Shown here: piece after piece, positions 1 to 15,157 of the stretch
Layout of the letters: every line of letters begins with the position of its first letter
Numbering within the stretch: position 1 is the first letter of the stretch
Assembly: GCA_964016885.1 (NCBI GenBank)
Contig: OZ024742.1
Coordinates: forward strand, 113,894,001 to 113,958,000
From: Eledone cirrhosa
Lineage: Eukaryota
Length of the DNA: 64,000 bases
Direction of reading: 5' to 3'
Notes under the pieces: generated by a model
Databases searched by the model: none
What the model was told of the DNA's origin: nothing
Seen by the model: the letters and a program-made list of their open reading frames with translations, nothing else
Made by a program: the position numbers and the translations under genes

Positions 1-1581
1 AATAGTTTTTGAAATGTATCTTCTCTTTTCATGATATATCCGGATTATCATTCAGTTCTTCATACGATATGGACACTACCGTAAATGTTTGGTAGATTTA
101 TCTACATATATATATATATATTTATAATATATTATATATATATATTATATATATATAGTATTATATATATATATATATTATATATTATATATTTAAGAGT
201 ATGTGTCCATATATACGTCCATATATTAATGCATACATATATACAAAACATTTTCTTTCGGTTCGCCACGTGTTAGCGGATTATATGTACGTAGATTTTT
301 TTTCTTTCTTTACGGTCTTTCGAGATGTATTTTCCACCTTCCGTTTTAACATATGACGTTTTACGCCAACCCTTTTATTTTATAGCTAAAAACATCTGCA
401 AATTCATTTATCTTAGTGCGTCCTTTTTGCTTTGTCTAGACTGTCTAGACATTTAACAATAAAAGGCATTTCAATTGAATTTTCTTGTAAAACCCTGTAA
501 TGTTATATTTCAAGACAATGCCTACTACGGTGTTTGGTGTCTGAATTTATTAATTAATTATCTTAATTAATACATATTCATTTACCAAAAACGAAAGGTA
601 TAATCACGAGTTTGTAGGTCACAGTATATTTATATTCTAAAATGTATCATTGCTTCCAAGGCTAACATTTCATTATGCTGTAATTGTATACACCTAAATA
701 AAATGTATACATTATAGTGTTTAGCCTATGTAAAATTCGAAATGAATTACGGTGTAATATGAATATGAATTTGTCACGTTTATTCCTTGGTGACGCGCGT
801 CTTGCTATTGATCAGGTTGTGACAGAATTTCGCTAATGACAATTTCTGGCATTACAACAGACGAGTGCTCCAGATGAGTGAATACACAGTAACTTCACCT
901 TACACCGCGTGGATATATATATATATATGTGTAGGAAAATGTATGACCCGGACGGCAGAGCTAAAGCCGTTTCAACGGCTATTTCTAAAAATAGAATGTT
1001 TAGCCTGGTAAATAAATAGCCGAATTTTATGGGAAGATTGTAGTTATCAAGAGGATTGCTCAAAATTTATTGTTAACACAATTAAGTCTAACATGGCAGT
1101 GGGTGGCTGAACTTGCCAGTAGAACAGTGAGGGAGTGGGTTGAGCCGGTCAAGCGTTGAAAGTGAAATATATACATCAAATTCTAAAGATTGTGTATGAA
1201 ACTATGCCAGAGGAAGTAGGCTAAAAAGGATTGTGTAGAAAATAGAGAAGGGACGTTATAGAATGGGTAAATCAAATGAGATTAGGAGATAATAAAAAGA
1301 AAATAAGAGAAGAATATATAAAAATATAAAATTGGATATTAAGAAGTGATAAACAAAACTGTAGAATCAAAAACAGCTGCTATGTTTAGTTGGTGTTGCG
1401 CTTTCAACACATGCTATAGATTAGGTTAATAAGTTGAGAATGGAAGATACTAAATATGAATTTTAGAAATTATAGAATTGGGTAGTAAAACGTAATACAA
1501 AATGTCTGGGGTAACACAACAGCTATAATTAGTTCGTATTGGGTTTACGACCAATGCTATCATATATATATATATATATAT

Positions 1582-3418
1582 ATGGGACCAGTCAGTAGGG
1601 CCATATTTAGAAACATAGTTAAGACCATTAGGATTAAGTGCAGCGTGTCCCAGTGGGAGAACACTGTCTCTGTAATTAAGTGGTTTAACTCATTCAAATC
1701 CAAAACTGCGAAGTTTGACACTGCTGATTTTTACCCGTCGATCTCAGAGACCCTGTTAAACAAAGCGTTGGACTTCGCTACCACTTACACCACCGTCCAT
1801 GATTTAAACAGGGAAATAATCGCTCACTACGGGAAAACCCTCCTTTTCAACAACGGAGTAGTCTGGGCAAAGAAGTCAACAACTTCAAACCTGTTCGACG
1901 TCTCCATGGGATCGTTTCACATTGATGAGGTTTATTACGTGTTAGATTCCCGGACTTTCACACGACGATGGACTGATCTTATGGAGCTATAAAAGTGGTG
2001 ACGACCTCGACCGGTTTAAAAAAGATTTAGCTTCTACCATTAATGAGTTAGGACTTACGATAACAGTACCTACCAACATATTTAGCGTTGATTTCTTAGA
2101 CATTAATTTAGACCTTCGCACACAAACCTACATACCCTTCCATAAGCTTTACGAAAAACTCATTTATATTCACAAGAACTCATGCTACCCTCCCACTGTT
2201 TTAGAAACTTCGAAAATAATATCAGTACTAGAATCACAAACCTCTCCTCTAATAAGGCTATATTTGACAGAGCGGCACTCTACTATAACACGGCGTTAGC
2301 TAACAGCGGTTTCTCGCAACCTATCACTTACTCTCCCACTAACAACAACAGCAGTAAGAAAACAAAGCGTAACGATAGAAAAAACTATCTGGTTCTCTCC
2401 TCCTTTCTCACTCAGCGTTAAAACCAATGTAGGCAAAAAATGTCTAGGCCTCTGAGATAGACACTTTCCCATAGGTCATAAATACCGTTCCATCTTTAAC
2501 AGAAACAAAGTAAAACTAGCATACTCCTTCGCTAAGAACATGAAGGCCCACTTCACAAACAGCCCTGAAAGAAATACCCCACCAGGGTGCTCTTGCAGTT
2601 AGCCTGAAGCTTGTCCCCTTCAACAGCAATGCAACACACCCGCTGTCGTTTATGAAGCTTTGGTCACTTCCAACAGACCAAATCATCCACAGGAGGTCAA
2701 ATCCAATGTGAGTATGGCGGAGGGCCAATTTAATGAACGCTTCCTGAACCACCAGTCGATCTTTAATTACACGGACAGACGTTCATTCACGAAACACGGG
2801 ATCCCCGTATGGTCTCTCAAGGACTCAAGTATAGACTACTCCATTCAATGTAAAGCCATCACTAAGTCCAATCCATACGCAAGAGGCAATCCGCCGTGTG
2901 GATTATGTATTGATTAACGAATAAATATTCTAAAGAGATTACGCAATAGGGATTGCTTAAAATGATTTCGTCACACGTTGTCCACACGTCTGTAAACGCC
3001 TCTTTCATAGCTACAAAGATCCGGATTGAATTAAAATAACATCCTAATTTTCTTATCAACTAGAAACTTTCGAACTTTCGCAGTTATCTCCCTACACCTC
3101 TCGCAGGCAATTTTGTATTGGCTAAGGGAAGTTTCTGCGCATGTGCGTTCGTACAGTTGTCCTTCCTGTTCCGTATAACTATGTCCATTACGAGCTGAGG
3201 ATCCGCTAAGGTGAAACAATTATTCTCGGTATGGTGAACTAACTGTTGTGTAACCACTTCTCTATATATATAATAGATTGTTCTATGTGTGACGGTATTT
3301 TAACGATAGTTATAGCTCTGATGTATCTAAATTATGGAGCCCTCTGCCGCTCATATCGAATTTTGTTTATCGTGAACTCGTGCGCCGATTTTTCGATACT
3401 CGATTATTCTACTATACA

Positions 3419-3421
<3 letters not shown>
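1582..3421 (+). mobile_element. Decayed Penelope-like element (PLE), 5'-truncated, possibly Hydra clade
   Basis: ORF fragments carry PLE RT motifs (KFDTADFYPSISETLL, KTLLFNNG..WAKK, FDVSMGSF), thumb-like RITNLSSNKAIFDRAALYYNTALANSGF, and a degraded GIY-YIG tail (AEGQFNERFLNH...CGLC). Flanked by (TA)n at 1562-1581 and 3422-3484. Clade call is tentative. Confidence 0.8.
3191..3228 (+). ncRNA. Minimal type I hammerhead ribozyme motif in PLE 3' pLTR
   Basis: CGAG-CTGAGGA-tCCgctaaGGt-GAAA-caatt-ATT-CTCG. Stem I is CGAG/CTCG and the core is intact. Stem III is one substitution from the palindrome AACAATTGTT. Confidence 0.7.
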
Positions 3422-3484
<63 letters not shown>

Positions 3485-3489
<5 letters not shown>

Positions 3490-4451
3490 AAAGAATAGAG
3501 GTGTAACACACAAGTTATTATATATTGGTAAACGGAATAGAACATGCTGACAAATTGTTCACAGTTGAAAAATGGTTTAATTAGGAATAAAAGAGGATTA
3601 GTGATTGTATGGGTTAGTATTGAGTTGTGGTTTTAAGTTTTTAAGTTTTTACCGGTTGCGCATTTCTAAATGCTTTTCAAAAATAATTTTGAGATAGAGT
3701 GTCCGTGCTGTTTGCTCTGATCTGATTAGTTTTGGGAATTCTACCTGTTTTTATGTTAAAAAAGTGGCTCCAGCGTTATTTTTGTGTTGCAAAAATGCTT
3801 GTGGTCAAAACAATTTTGATTGGTCGGTAGAGGTCATGTGAATGTAAAAAATTGATTTTGCGCCAAGTCTGTTTCTATGTTAAAATGTTAAAAAAGTGGC
3901 TCCAGCAAAAATTCTTGGTCAAAATAATTTTGATTGGTCGGTAGAGGTCATGTGGATAAAAAAATTGGTTTTGCGCCAAGATTGAGAAATGACTCTTTCA
4001 CAACAAATATGTGTGTGTGTGTGTGTGTGTGTGTGTTGGTATATGTGTGTGTGTGTGTAGTAGTAGTAGTAAGGTGTTCGATGCTGCGACAATGGCCAGC
4101 AGCGATGTGTGTCAAATGGCTATTAAGATAAGTGTGTGTGTGTGTGTATATAGCAGTCATTCGAAGGTCAAAAGATATTTTTCAGCTTTTGTCTTAGACG
4201 GTGAAGTGCGTGTGTGTGTGTGTGTGTGTGTATAAGTCTCTTTGTATGTTGATGTACGCGTGTGTATGTGTTTGTGTATATATGTGTGTGTGGGGGGGGG
4301 ACCAGTATTTTTTCCCCCTGGTAAAATGGTGTACATTATTCGATTTTTTCAGTAAAATCGGTTCTCTTAATAGAACATCAAAAATCTTAACAATAAAAGA
4401 TGTGAAATGATATTCACTATATATATATACACACACATACATATATTCACT

Positions 4452-4540
<89 letters not shown>

Positions 4541-6215
4541 TACATACATATATATGCACATATATTTTTTTGTATTGCACCATAGAGCATGTGTGTTTAC
4601 GTGTGTCATTGTGTTTATATGTGGGTAGAGATGTGTGCTGATGTAGGTATGTATGTTGACGTGTGTATGTTGTGGGTTCGTCTTAGGGAGAAGTGTTTAG
4701 ACGGGGTCCGTATTTGTTAATGAAGTAAGATTCCTTGCTGATGCGCTGGGTGTGGGTGGCATTATCTTTAAATTTGTAGAGGGGAAAGATTCTGAAGTTG
4801 GGATGATTTTGGGCGGCACAGGTATCAATGTGTTCACTCAGTGGTATTTTCCTGTATTCCCGTATTTTAATTTGTGATCTATGGACAGTCATGCGTAGGC
4901 GGAGGCTGTTTTTGGTCTGGCCTATGTATTGTTCTCGACAACCTGAACAAGTTAATACATATATTAGATTTTCCGATGCACATGTGAAATTGTGTTTTAC
5001 TATAAAACGTTGTCCATCTTTGAAATAGAATTCCGAACCCTCTATTAGGTTGATGCAAATGCTACAGTTGGGTCTATCGCATTTTTTTACTGTGGGTTTC
5101 GTTGTTGTGGTTGGCAGTACTTTGGCATGTGTTAAGATGTTTTTCATTGACTTGGATTGTCTTTTGCTCTTTATGATATCGTGTGTTCGTAGAATTTGGT
5201 TCATTCTATGGTCCTTTTTCAATACAGGGATGTTCTGGAGGATGGTGTCAAAGACCTCATCGTTGAGGGGGTTGTGTGTGGAGATGTATGGAAGAGCTTT
5301 TAGTTTTGGTTGATTTACTTTAGGGTCTCTAAGTTCCTGGGTACTGAGTTTTAGGGCACGTTGCATTCCATTGTCAATTAGTGATGCAGGGTAGTCCCTG
5401 CCTATGAGTGTGTCCTTTAGTTCTTGTAGCCGTAAGTAGCAGATGTTTTTATTGGAGACTATAGTACAGATTCTCCTGGCTAAGTTGTAGGGAATATTAA
5501 TTTTAACGTGTCTAGGGTGGCAAGAGTTGAAGGGGAGGTATTGCTTGGAGTCTGTGGGCTTGTAGTATATGTCTGTTTCTATTTTTTTGTTATGAATCTT
5601 AATGAGGATGTCGAGGAAGGGGAGTTATTGATGACTGTATTCCATCGTGAAGTTAATATTCGTGTTGAGCCCATTTATAAGGATGTGAAATTCTTTAAGT
5701 TTTTCGATGTTTTCGTGCCAAAGGATGAAGCAGTCATCTAGATATCGCTTCTGTTTTCCATCGTGATGGCGCAAAACCAATTTTTTATCCACATGACCTC
5801 TACCGACCAATCAAAATTGTTTTGACCAAGAATTTTTGCTGGAGCCACTTTTTTAACATTTTAACATAAAAACAGTCTTGGCGCAAAATCAACATTTTAC
5901 ATTCAGATGACCTCTACCGACCAATCAAAATTGTTTTGACCACAAGCATTTTTGCAACACAAAAATAACGCTGGAGCCACTTTTTTAACATAAAAACAGG
6001 TAGAATTCCCAAAACTAATCAGATCAGAGCAAACAGCACGGACACTCTATCTCAAAATTATTTTTGAAAAGCATTTAGAAATGCGCAACCGGTAAAAACT
6101 TTAAAACTTAAAACCACAACTCAATATTAACCCATACAATCACTAATACTCTTTTATTCCTAATTAAACCATTTTTCAACTGTGAACAATTTGTCAGCAT
6201 TTTCTATTCCGTTTA

Positions 6216-6220
<5 letters not shown>
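3485..6220 (-). mobile_element. 5'-truncated Neptune-like PLE with inverted terminal copy of its 3' end
   Basis: RT end (RYLDDCFILW), thumb and GIY-YIG on the minus strand. 5765-6220 is the reverse complement of about 3520-3980. Both outer ends abut (TA)n. Confidence 0.9.
4683..5760 (-). pseudogene. PLE RT thumb + Cys linker + GIY-YIG endonuclease (227-aa open 3' part at 4683-5366)
   Basis: CDRPNCSIC linker, NLIYVLTCSGCREQYIGQT, RLRMTVHR, H..., E.YFI..Y.P.LN. Upstream YLDD portion is interrupted by stops. Confidence 0.9.
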
Positions 6221-6264
<44 letters not shown>

Positions 6265-6730
6265 GTGTGTATATAAAGATAAGTTGAGTATGAAAATGTA
6301 TACACATGAACGCGTATGTATGTACATGAATACATGTGTGTATATATATATATATGCATGTATATATGTATGTAAGTATGAACATGTTACTATGTGAATG
6401 TGAGTATATGTATTTTGTAGAGGTGTGCAAATATGTTTGTGTGTGAATGCGTGGGCGTACACTTGAAAGAAAAATTTAAGTCTGAATGGTAATTAAGTGC
6501 AAACACAAAACCAACCACGCGATTCTTTACTATCTCTAATCCTTCTATAGATTTAGAAAAATAACCAATAATATATTCTATAAACATGTCAAAACAACAG
6601 ATGGGAATCTAATTACTCACTGCCACCAAAAATTCTCACTGCTATCAACAAACAACTCCCTCAACTATTCTTCTAACAACTTCACCCCTCCCTCCTAATA
6701 TTCTCTATAAAAATGAAACAGGTCCTCAGT

Positions 6731-6810
6731 AATATTACTCTGATGAAATGACAGTAGATAGCAGCTGATTTCAGGTTATGTAACTGTTATAGAAACACGT
6801 GTCAATAAAT
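6731..6810 (+). ncRNA. Hammerhead ribozyme motif with extended stem II (PLE pLTR remnant)
   Basis: CTGATGA (6740-6746), stem II ATGACAGT/ACTGTTAT, GAAA (6792-6795), palindromic CACGTG, GTC cleavage triplet, then AATAAA. Stem I is imperfect. Confidence 0.65.
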
Positions 6811-6842
6811 TCTTTTCAACTAAACTGTATCCATTCAAATCT

Positions 6843-6873
<31 letters not shown>

Positions 6874-6880
<7 letters not shown>

Positions 6881-9800
6881 GTGAGGTTTTCTTTACAAAA
6901 TGAAATATAACCGAGGTGTCCTACACGAGTGAAAGTATAAAGAAAAAAAAAATAAAATCGAAAATGCAACTGGAGTCTTATTTTAAATATATATATATAT
7001 TTATTTGGTTCCTTTACCGGTTTCGCAGTTCTTCTGCTTTTCAAAAGTAGAGTTGAGATGGAGGGTCTGTGGTTTTTCTCACATCTGGTTGGTCTCTGAA
7101 TGTTACTTGTTTTATATGGAAAAAGTTGCTCGTAATGCCAGCTTTTTCGAGAAGTAATTTGATTGGTTGGTCGTTGGTCAATAAATATAATAAATTTCGC
7201 GGCAGTTCGCGATACAAAGTTCTTCAAACAGGGGGGGGGGGGGGGGGGGGTCACAGGTTCTTTTTTTCATATATGAGTGTTTGAATTTCTTTTTACTTAA
7301 AAAAGCGGGGCTCACGAAGGCTTTTTTTTAATAAACGTAACTTGATTGGTTATAAATGAAATTATGGCTGTCACATGAACACTTTTCATTAAATGTTCTT
7401 GCCCTTATTTGGAAATCCATTCTATAGTCTTTTTAGAGAATTTTATGATCAGTAAAAAATAATGGTCAAGAGAAATGGAATGGAAGAATTGTTCTGGTTC
7501 AGTGAATATGGTTAGTTCGCTGGGGTGTCAGAATTCAGATGTTCTATTGAATAAAGATGGTAAATATATGTATGTTTATTTGTGTGCTTCTGTGTGTGTG
7601 TGTGGTGTGTGTGTATGTTTGAATTTATTTTTACTATAAAAAAAGCGGGTCACGAAGGCTTTTTTTTAATAAACGTAATTTGATTGGTTATAAATGAAAT
7701 TATGGCTGTCACGTGAACAAGTTTTCATTAAATGTTCGCGCCCTTATTTGGAAATATATTCTTTAGCCTTTTTAGAGAATTTTATGACAAGTAAAAGATA
7801 ATGGTCAAGAGAAATGGGATGGGAGAATTGTTCTGGTTCAGTTAATATGGTTAGTTCGCTGGGGTGTCAGAATTCAGTTTTTCTATTGAATAAAGAAAGT
7901 AAAGATACGTATGTTTATTTGTGTGCTTGTATGTGTGTGTATTGGAAGATGATTCTATTAGTAGAAATGGGGGAGGGAGTTGTGTGTGTGTGTATAAGGT
8001 TGTTATGTGTGTGTGTGTGTGGGAGTATGTTAAGATGGAGAGAATATATATTTTCTGTGTGTGTATATATGTGTGTAGGAAAGTGATTCTATTAGTAGAA
8101 ATGGGTGAGGGAGTTGTGTGTGTGGGGGTTGTTATGTGTGTGTATGAGTGTTATGTGTGTGGGAGTATGGTTAGCATGTTAAGATGGAGAGAATATATAT
8201 ATATTGTGTGTGTGTGTGTATGAAAATGATTCCTTTAGTAGGAATATTTTTGAATTAACATATTTTCCTTACTTTTTCGTATTTGTTCTGCAGTATTGTC
8301 AGTGCAAACGTATGTTAAGGTTTATTTGGTTCGGGTTTTTATTTTCTAAATTAGAAGGTGTTATGTGTGTGTGTATGTGTCTGCTTGGATGGTTAGCATG
8401 TTATGGTGTTGACATAATGTATATTAAGCCATATTTAATGCTGGTCTATATTTTTGAATAAACAGATTTTCCTTATTTATTCGTATTTGTTCTGTTGTAT
8501 TGTTAGCGCAAAGGTAAAATTGGAAGACTTGGAATGGGGGTGTCTTATTACTTGCGGATATGTCTAGATGTGCGCTTAGTGGTATCTGTGTCGTGGTTGG
8601 ATCTCGTAATTGTTGGCGATGAACTGTCATTCTTTTTCTGAGTGTGAGTTTAGTTTGTCCTATATAATCTTCATTGCATCCTTTACATTTAATGGCATTA
8701 AGTAGATGTTTTGATGAGCAAGTGAAGTGATTTTTTACAGTAAAATTTTGTCGTGATTTAAATGTATACGTGTTGCCTTCAATGAGGTGAGTGCAGGTTC
8801 GACAATTAGAGCGACCACATTTTTTGACTGTTGGTTGTGGGTAGGTAATTTGGCATTGCTGAGTAACGTTTTCAGTGATTTTGGTTGTCTTTTGCTTTGA
8901 TTATTGTGTGTGTTCCAATAGCTTTTTTCATTCTTGGGTTTTGTTTTAGTAGTGGGATGTTCTTGTGAATAGTGTTGTAAGATTCCACATTTCTTGGGTT
9001 GTGTGTTGAGATATATGATAGAATATTGGACGGAACTTGAATTTGTTTCTGTTTTCGTAATTCATCAATGCCTATTGATTTAGCCGTTTCTATTCCATTA
9101 TTTATTAGTAATAGTGGGTACTCTCTTTCGAGTAGAATTTCCTTTAATTCTTGAAGTCTTTTATTTCGCGTTTCATAATTGGAGACAATTGTGCAAATTC
9201 TTCTTGCTAGGTTAAAAGGAATGTTCTTCTTCGTGTGCTTTGGATGGTTGGAGGTGAATAGCAGGTATTGTTTGGAATCTGTTGGTTTGTAGTGTATGTC
9301 AGTTTCAATATTTGTGTCTTTTTTTAAGATTAAGATATCCAGAAATCGCAGTTGATCTTGGCTGTATTCCATTGTGATTTGGATGTGGTTATTGATGCCG
9401 TGTATTAAGTTTTTGAAATCCTTCAGTTGGTCGAGTATGTGGGAACAAAGAATGAGACAATCATCCAAGTAGCGTTTCCAATTCTCTGATAAATATTTGT
9501 GGAAGTTCAATCCGTATTTTGATTCGGACTATTCATATATCTGGACGACTAAGTATGCCATGACTAAGTTGGCATAAGTTGGAGCGGATTTTGTACCCAT
9601 CGCAGTCCCCGATATTTGCTTGTAAGTACTGCCATCGAAATCAAAAAAGTTGTTCTGTAGGATGAATTTTAATCCCTCGGCGATGAAGCTTTTTTCTATT
9701 CTGTCAGGTATCTCATTGGGATATTTCTCTAGCCAGAATCCTATTGCTTCTAGTCCGTATTGGTGTGGGGTCGTTGTGTAGTGATTCACTACATTGAAAG

Positions 9801-10887
9801 ACACAATAATAGTGTCGTTGTTGACATGTTTGTGGAGGTGTTTTAAGTGGTCCAGATCGTCTCTTACAAGGCTTGGTATGTGTTTGAGAATTGGTTTTAG
9901 TAGTATGTCTATAAAGTTGCTCAGTCCGTGTGTTTCACATTGTGGGCCCGCTACAATTGGTCTTAATTTAAGGTCTGTGGGGTATTGTGTGTTCACGCAG
10001 GCTGAGGTGGATTGTTTACAAGCATCGTTAATTATTTAACACTTGTGGATCTTCGGAGGTTCGTAAAGGTTGCTGGTTTTGTATTCAAATTGTGTTAAAT
10101 AATCGCGTTCCTTTTTAGGTAGGTCTTCCCGGTATCGATAAATCAGCGTGTTTAATCTGGTCATTGATTTTGATTGATGGTAGTTTTTTTTACTCTTTAA
10201 TAGTAATTAGTATTTTGTAAGAGAGAGAACATAGAATTTTTATATTTTTCAGCCTCCATAATATCAACGGTACTTCCCTTGTCCGCTTCCTTAAGTATAA
10301 TGTCCGTATTGTTTTTTAGTTCATGCATAATCTCCCACTCCCTTCGACTCGTGTTGGGTTTGGGTTTAGTTTGCGGTAGTTCATGGTATGGGAAGGTAGC
10401 TATGTGGTCACAACATTTGTCCAGAACTCTGTTTCTACCTTTTTGGGGGTTGTAGCTGCTTTTATTCCGAACAATTGATTCGTCGTTATTCTCCTTGTCA
10501 AAGAATTCCTCTGTGAGACGTAATTTTCTGCAACAGTGTGGGATATCGTCATTCATCTCATTGGGGTTAGAGTATTGTGGTGTTGTTGTGAATTTCAGTC
10601 CTTTGGAGAGAATCTTTACTTGTTGGCCTGAGAGGTTTGTATTTGAAAGGTTGATTATTTTAAGTAAAAAGAAATTCAAACACTCATATATGAAAAAAAC
10701 AACCTGTCACACCGCCCCCGTTTTTTGAAGAACTTTGTAACGCGAACTGGCGCGAAATTAATTATAATTATTGACCAACCAATCAAATTACTTCTCGAAA
10801 ACCTGGCATTTCAAGCCACTTCTTCCATATAAAACAAGTAAGATTCAGAGATCAACCAGATGTGAGAAAAACCACATAGCCTCCATC

Positions 10888-10890
<3 letters not shown>
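6874..10890 (-). mobile_element. Near full-length decayed Neptune-like PLE (second family) with inverted terminal segment
   Basis: Collinear ORF pieces 10679-8424: IINLS..LSKGLKF, RPIVAGP, VSFNVVNHYT, QISGTAMGTKSAPTYANL, RYLDD, thumb, GIY-YIG. About 10700-10890 is the reverse complement of about 7060-7250. (TA)n at both ends. Confidence 0.9.
7275..7930 (+). repeat. Tandem duplication (~350 bp x2) within PLE 3' region
   Basis: About 7275-7600 and about 7615-7930 share aaaaaagcggg..cacgaaggctttttt..gattggttataaatgaaattatggctgtcac..gcccttatttggaaat..ggggtgtcagaattcag. Confidence 0.9.
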
Positions 10891-10951
<61 letters not shown>

Positions 10952-13900
10952 GTGTGTGTGTGTTTATAAGACGGAGTTATATATATATATATATATAACT
11001 TTGTCTTATAAACATATATAAGCATAAAAAAGGCAATTTAGTTTACCCAAATTTCATATACTTACCATTCCATTAAACTAATATCATACTGTTCATAGTG
11101 ATTGCCACAATACACTATAGCTCTACTCACTTATCTCATGATAATGCTTTATCTTAAGTTCACATGATTAAACATATAATATTTATAATTTGTGTAACCG
11201 ATTTATTTATATACATGTGGTTGTTCATATGTATCTATATATATGTACATATATCAATATTTATAAGTATGTATACATATATGAACATATATAAATGGGT
11301 ATATGTATATATGAACATATATGAATGAACATATATATATATATATATATATATATGAACAGATATGAATGTTTATATGTATATATACATATGTAAACAT
11401 ATCTGAATGTTTATATGTCTATATACATATATAAACTTAAATGAATGTTTACATGTATATATACACATATGGACATATATGTATCGGAACCCCTATCATA
11501 GTGAGAATGAATTAGTTCCGATACCTCTAACACCACAACTTCATTACCCTCCACGTCAGCATTATATCAGGATATAGCAATTTGTGTCACGAACCTAGTA
11601 GTTATATGTCACCACAAAGTGTCACCCTTCGCCATTCTTAGTACAAAACACCATATACAAACATAATCACAGATAAATCCAAAAATACAAGAACCTACCA
11701 CCGTTTCTGCATGAAAAAGCATCTAACTTCTATGATTTCAAAACTCCTCCTCTACTTCTTCTTCTTCTTCTTGTCCTTACTTTTTAGATTTATAAATCCC
11801 CAACTTACCAGAACGTATTTGTCTTCCCGTGTAAGATATTTCCATATGAAATAAATCAAATATACAAAAAAAAAAAAAAGACTTTGTCGATCTCCATAGT
11901 GTAATTTATCGCATTTGTTTTTTTCATTTGTGTGGAAAAAAAATGTATTTAGATATAAAGGTTGTGAGACGAATATTAAACACTAACACACACACCTACT
12001 CACACGCACAGCACACAACACAAAATAGCAGAACAAAACGCAATAGCTCGACGCTGCATAGAAATTGGGTGTTATATATTTTGAACAATTGTATACGGAG
12101 TAGTACCGAAATCGTCTTTGAACATCAAAAGTGTTAAAGGCCATTTTACGCTGCTGCAAATATAATTGGCATGGTTATATTGTGAAACTTGCAGTAAGCA
12201 AATTGCATTGAAATTACATCAAATAACAATTGCAGAATAAATCTTGTTTGCAAAATGCGATAGGTATGATAGCTTTAGTTGTTACCAGTGGAAATTTGAA
12301 ACTGTAGAGCTTTGGCATTTTATTGCTATGTCTAAATGATGGGAAGCGCAGAAGCCCATATACTTTCACAGAAGAATGATAAATTGTAGAAGACGGCGTT
12401 AAAATAAAGGGAATTTATAGCAGTGATAAAGTGTCAGGATTTGAGTTCTGATATTAGTCAGAGAAGCATACAGCGGAAACATATTGAAGTAATCAGTATG
12501 AAGAGAAAGGCAGTCAGTAGAATGTGTTGAATAGGAAATTATTATGATGAAGTGAAATGCAACGGAAGTTAAATCGTAATGACGATGGAGTTATTGTAGA
12601 AGAGGAGTTTGATACGTCATCATCATCAGATTCTGAGAGCATTAGAAGTTCGCAACAATCACCCTCCACCCATTGCACCTTGTGGTTCCTTGACTGGGGG
12701 AGAACCATGGTGGGACGTTGTTCACATAATGCAAAGATATCGAGAATACATAATGCTCATACAATTCCTTCAAAGCAGTGCTATAAATATGTACTTGAAT
12801 TTATTTTCCTAGAAACGATCTTAGGTAATTTGGTTCCGGTTGGATTTAAACAATGAAGACCCGAATAAATGTTTCTTGATAAGCTACAGGTGCTCTACCA
12901 ACCCTGCATGTTAGCCACCGAGAGGGATATAGTGATGGTTGTGCTGATGATGTGATGATGCAGATGGTTAGGTAAGAATGTGTAAAATATTTTGTGATTG
13001 TTTATTTGGATTTCTGCACTGATTTAGTTATGTGTGAAACGTCCTTACACGTTTTGTCAATTCCAGTTGCTGATTATGAAAATGATGACTGGATTACATT
13101 CTCCACCATTTTGTGATTAACACATAGTATATAATTTAGATAGTGTTTAGCTTGAAACAGAGGACATATGATCAATTTCTTTTAGTCAGAATATCCATAT
13201 TTTTCGGGCCTTTTCTACTTGGACTCCATGACAAACTCTTTATTTTTAAGACATTGTATGTGAATTGCTGTTATCACTCGAATATAAGAGCATCATATCA
13301 GAATAGTGTTAAACATATAGCCAAAGTTTGTAGACTTGTTTGCATCTAAGACCGAAATTCTGATAAAATCATAGGCTTCAGCAGTCGCCCAAGTATCGAA
13401 TCCCAATAATATTTACTGTCAAATATCTTCTTAGATTGAATGGAGACATAGCTACTCTGTCTGAATGATTACTATCGAAAAAGAGAAGATCTCTTTTGGA
13501 ATATACATTTAACACTACTTTAAATGTTGTATCATATATGTTGCCATAAATATTCCTTGTTTCCTTATTATTTCAAGTAATATATTGTGTTTGTTTATGT
13601 ATTCTAATGCAGGGTCTTAGTTACAATTGATAAGGTGCGTATTTGAGTAATTTGAAATTTAATGTTTATAGATGAAAAAGCTAGTAACGATTCATATATA
13701 TTATGTGAGTTCGATCAGTTCCGACCTGTCATTAAACGGCAATGACAATAACTATAAGCACAGTAAGAATAACTAGAGCGACAGCGATTGCACAATAACG
13801 AGATGCCAATAATAACAAAAAAGGCAATAGGAGCCATTAAACACAAATCTTCGTCACGCACTATCATCCTATATTCTATTTCATTTTCTTAGCTGTAACA

Positions 13901-14466
13901 ACTTCTGAACACGTTACAAGCGTAAGATGAATAATTGCTTAATGCAATTGGGAAATATGATAATATTATAAGCTTGTAAGTTAGGAAGACAAAAAAGAAG
14001 ATGACAATTAAATAAATATCACATTGTCGTGGAGATTATATTAATTAAAAATTATTAATGAAATTTTATAGAAGTGAAATTTACATGCTGCTGCATTTGA
14101 GCGGCTGTCTCCTGTATTTCATTGCAATTAAGTGAATTGCATGACATAGTGATATTCCTAGTTTTGTTTTTATGTTATTTCTTGTTACTAAAGTAGTTTC
14201 TCTTTACATTTATCTCTAAAAGTTTTAATTAAATATAGTTAAACAGAAATATATGCCATCACATTTTCAATAATTCGAGACGTTCCATCACTAAAGATAA
14301 AGGAATCACAGTTTTAAAATAGATATTGCGCATTTTGCACCCACGTAAAAATATGTTGAAACATACACATCTAATGAAACCGTAGTCATAAATATGTCTC
14401 TACAGAATATATCATTTACACATGCATATAATAGGCACCTTCACAACCACACATGCAAAAAGACGT

Positions 14467-14573
<107 letters not shown>

Positions 14574-14748
14574 GTGAAAGAATGAAGAGTAACATGGTTT
14601 GCTGTAAAACAGGGGCATTATTTCAGGTATTGACAATTGTTTCATTGATCAGGTGAGTCAAGAGGTCGCTAATCGCTTGAAGTTGCGTCACTCGATCTCC
14701 ATTACATTATTTACTTTTGATCAACTCATACTATTATTACTCCAAGTA

Positions 14749-14922
14749 GAACGGTGGTTTGGGAGTATCGGTAGAGGGTCGGACGCCATGCTTTGCAGCA
14801 AAGAGTTACTGTCCTTTATGGTCCGACTTCAAATCCCGCCGAGGTTAACTTTGCCTTTCATCCTCACGGGCTCGATAAAATAAAGTACCAGTATTACAGT
14901 GCCAGAAGTAGAAACAATTATT
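14749..14922 (+). mobile_element. tRNA-derived SINE with Nin/Deu-like core
   Basis: A-box-like head, B-box-like ttcaaatccc, core tttgcctttcatcct..cggg.tcgataaaataaagtacc. 16-bp TSD attattactccaagta at 14733-14748 and 14917-14932. Confidence 0.85.
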
Positions 14923-15071
14923 ACTCCAAGTATAACCTTCATAGGTATTACCGCGAACTCGCTGCCTAACTATAGATACATCTTGTTGAGTTAAACAAAA
15001 CAGTACGTTAAATCTATCCACAACACAGAGTACACACAACCTCTAACTGGATTACCTATAGCGATAACTTG

Positions 15072-15150
<79 letters not shown>

Positions 15151-15157
<7 letters not shown>

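Noticed and set aside
12400-12900. Acidic Ser-rich ORF reminiscent of a piggyBac transposase N-terminus
   Set aside because: No catalytic motifs, TIRs or TTAA ends could be identified.
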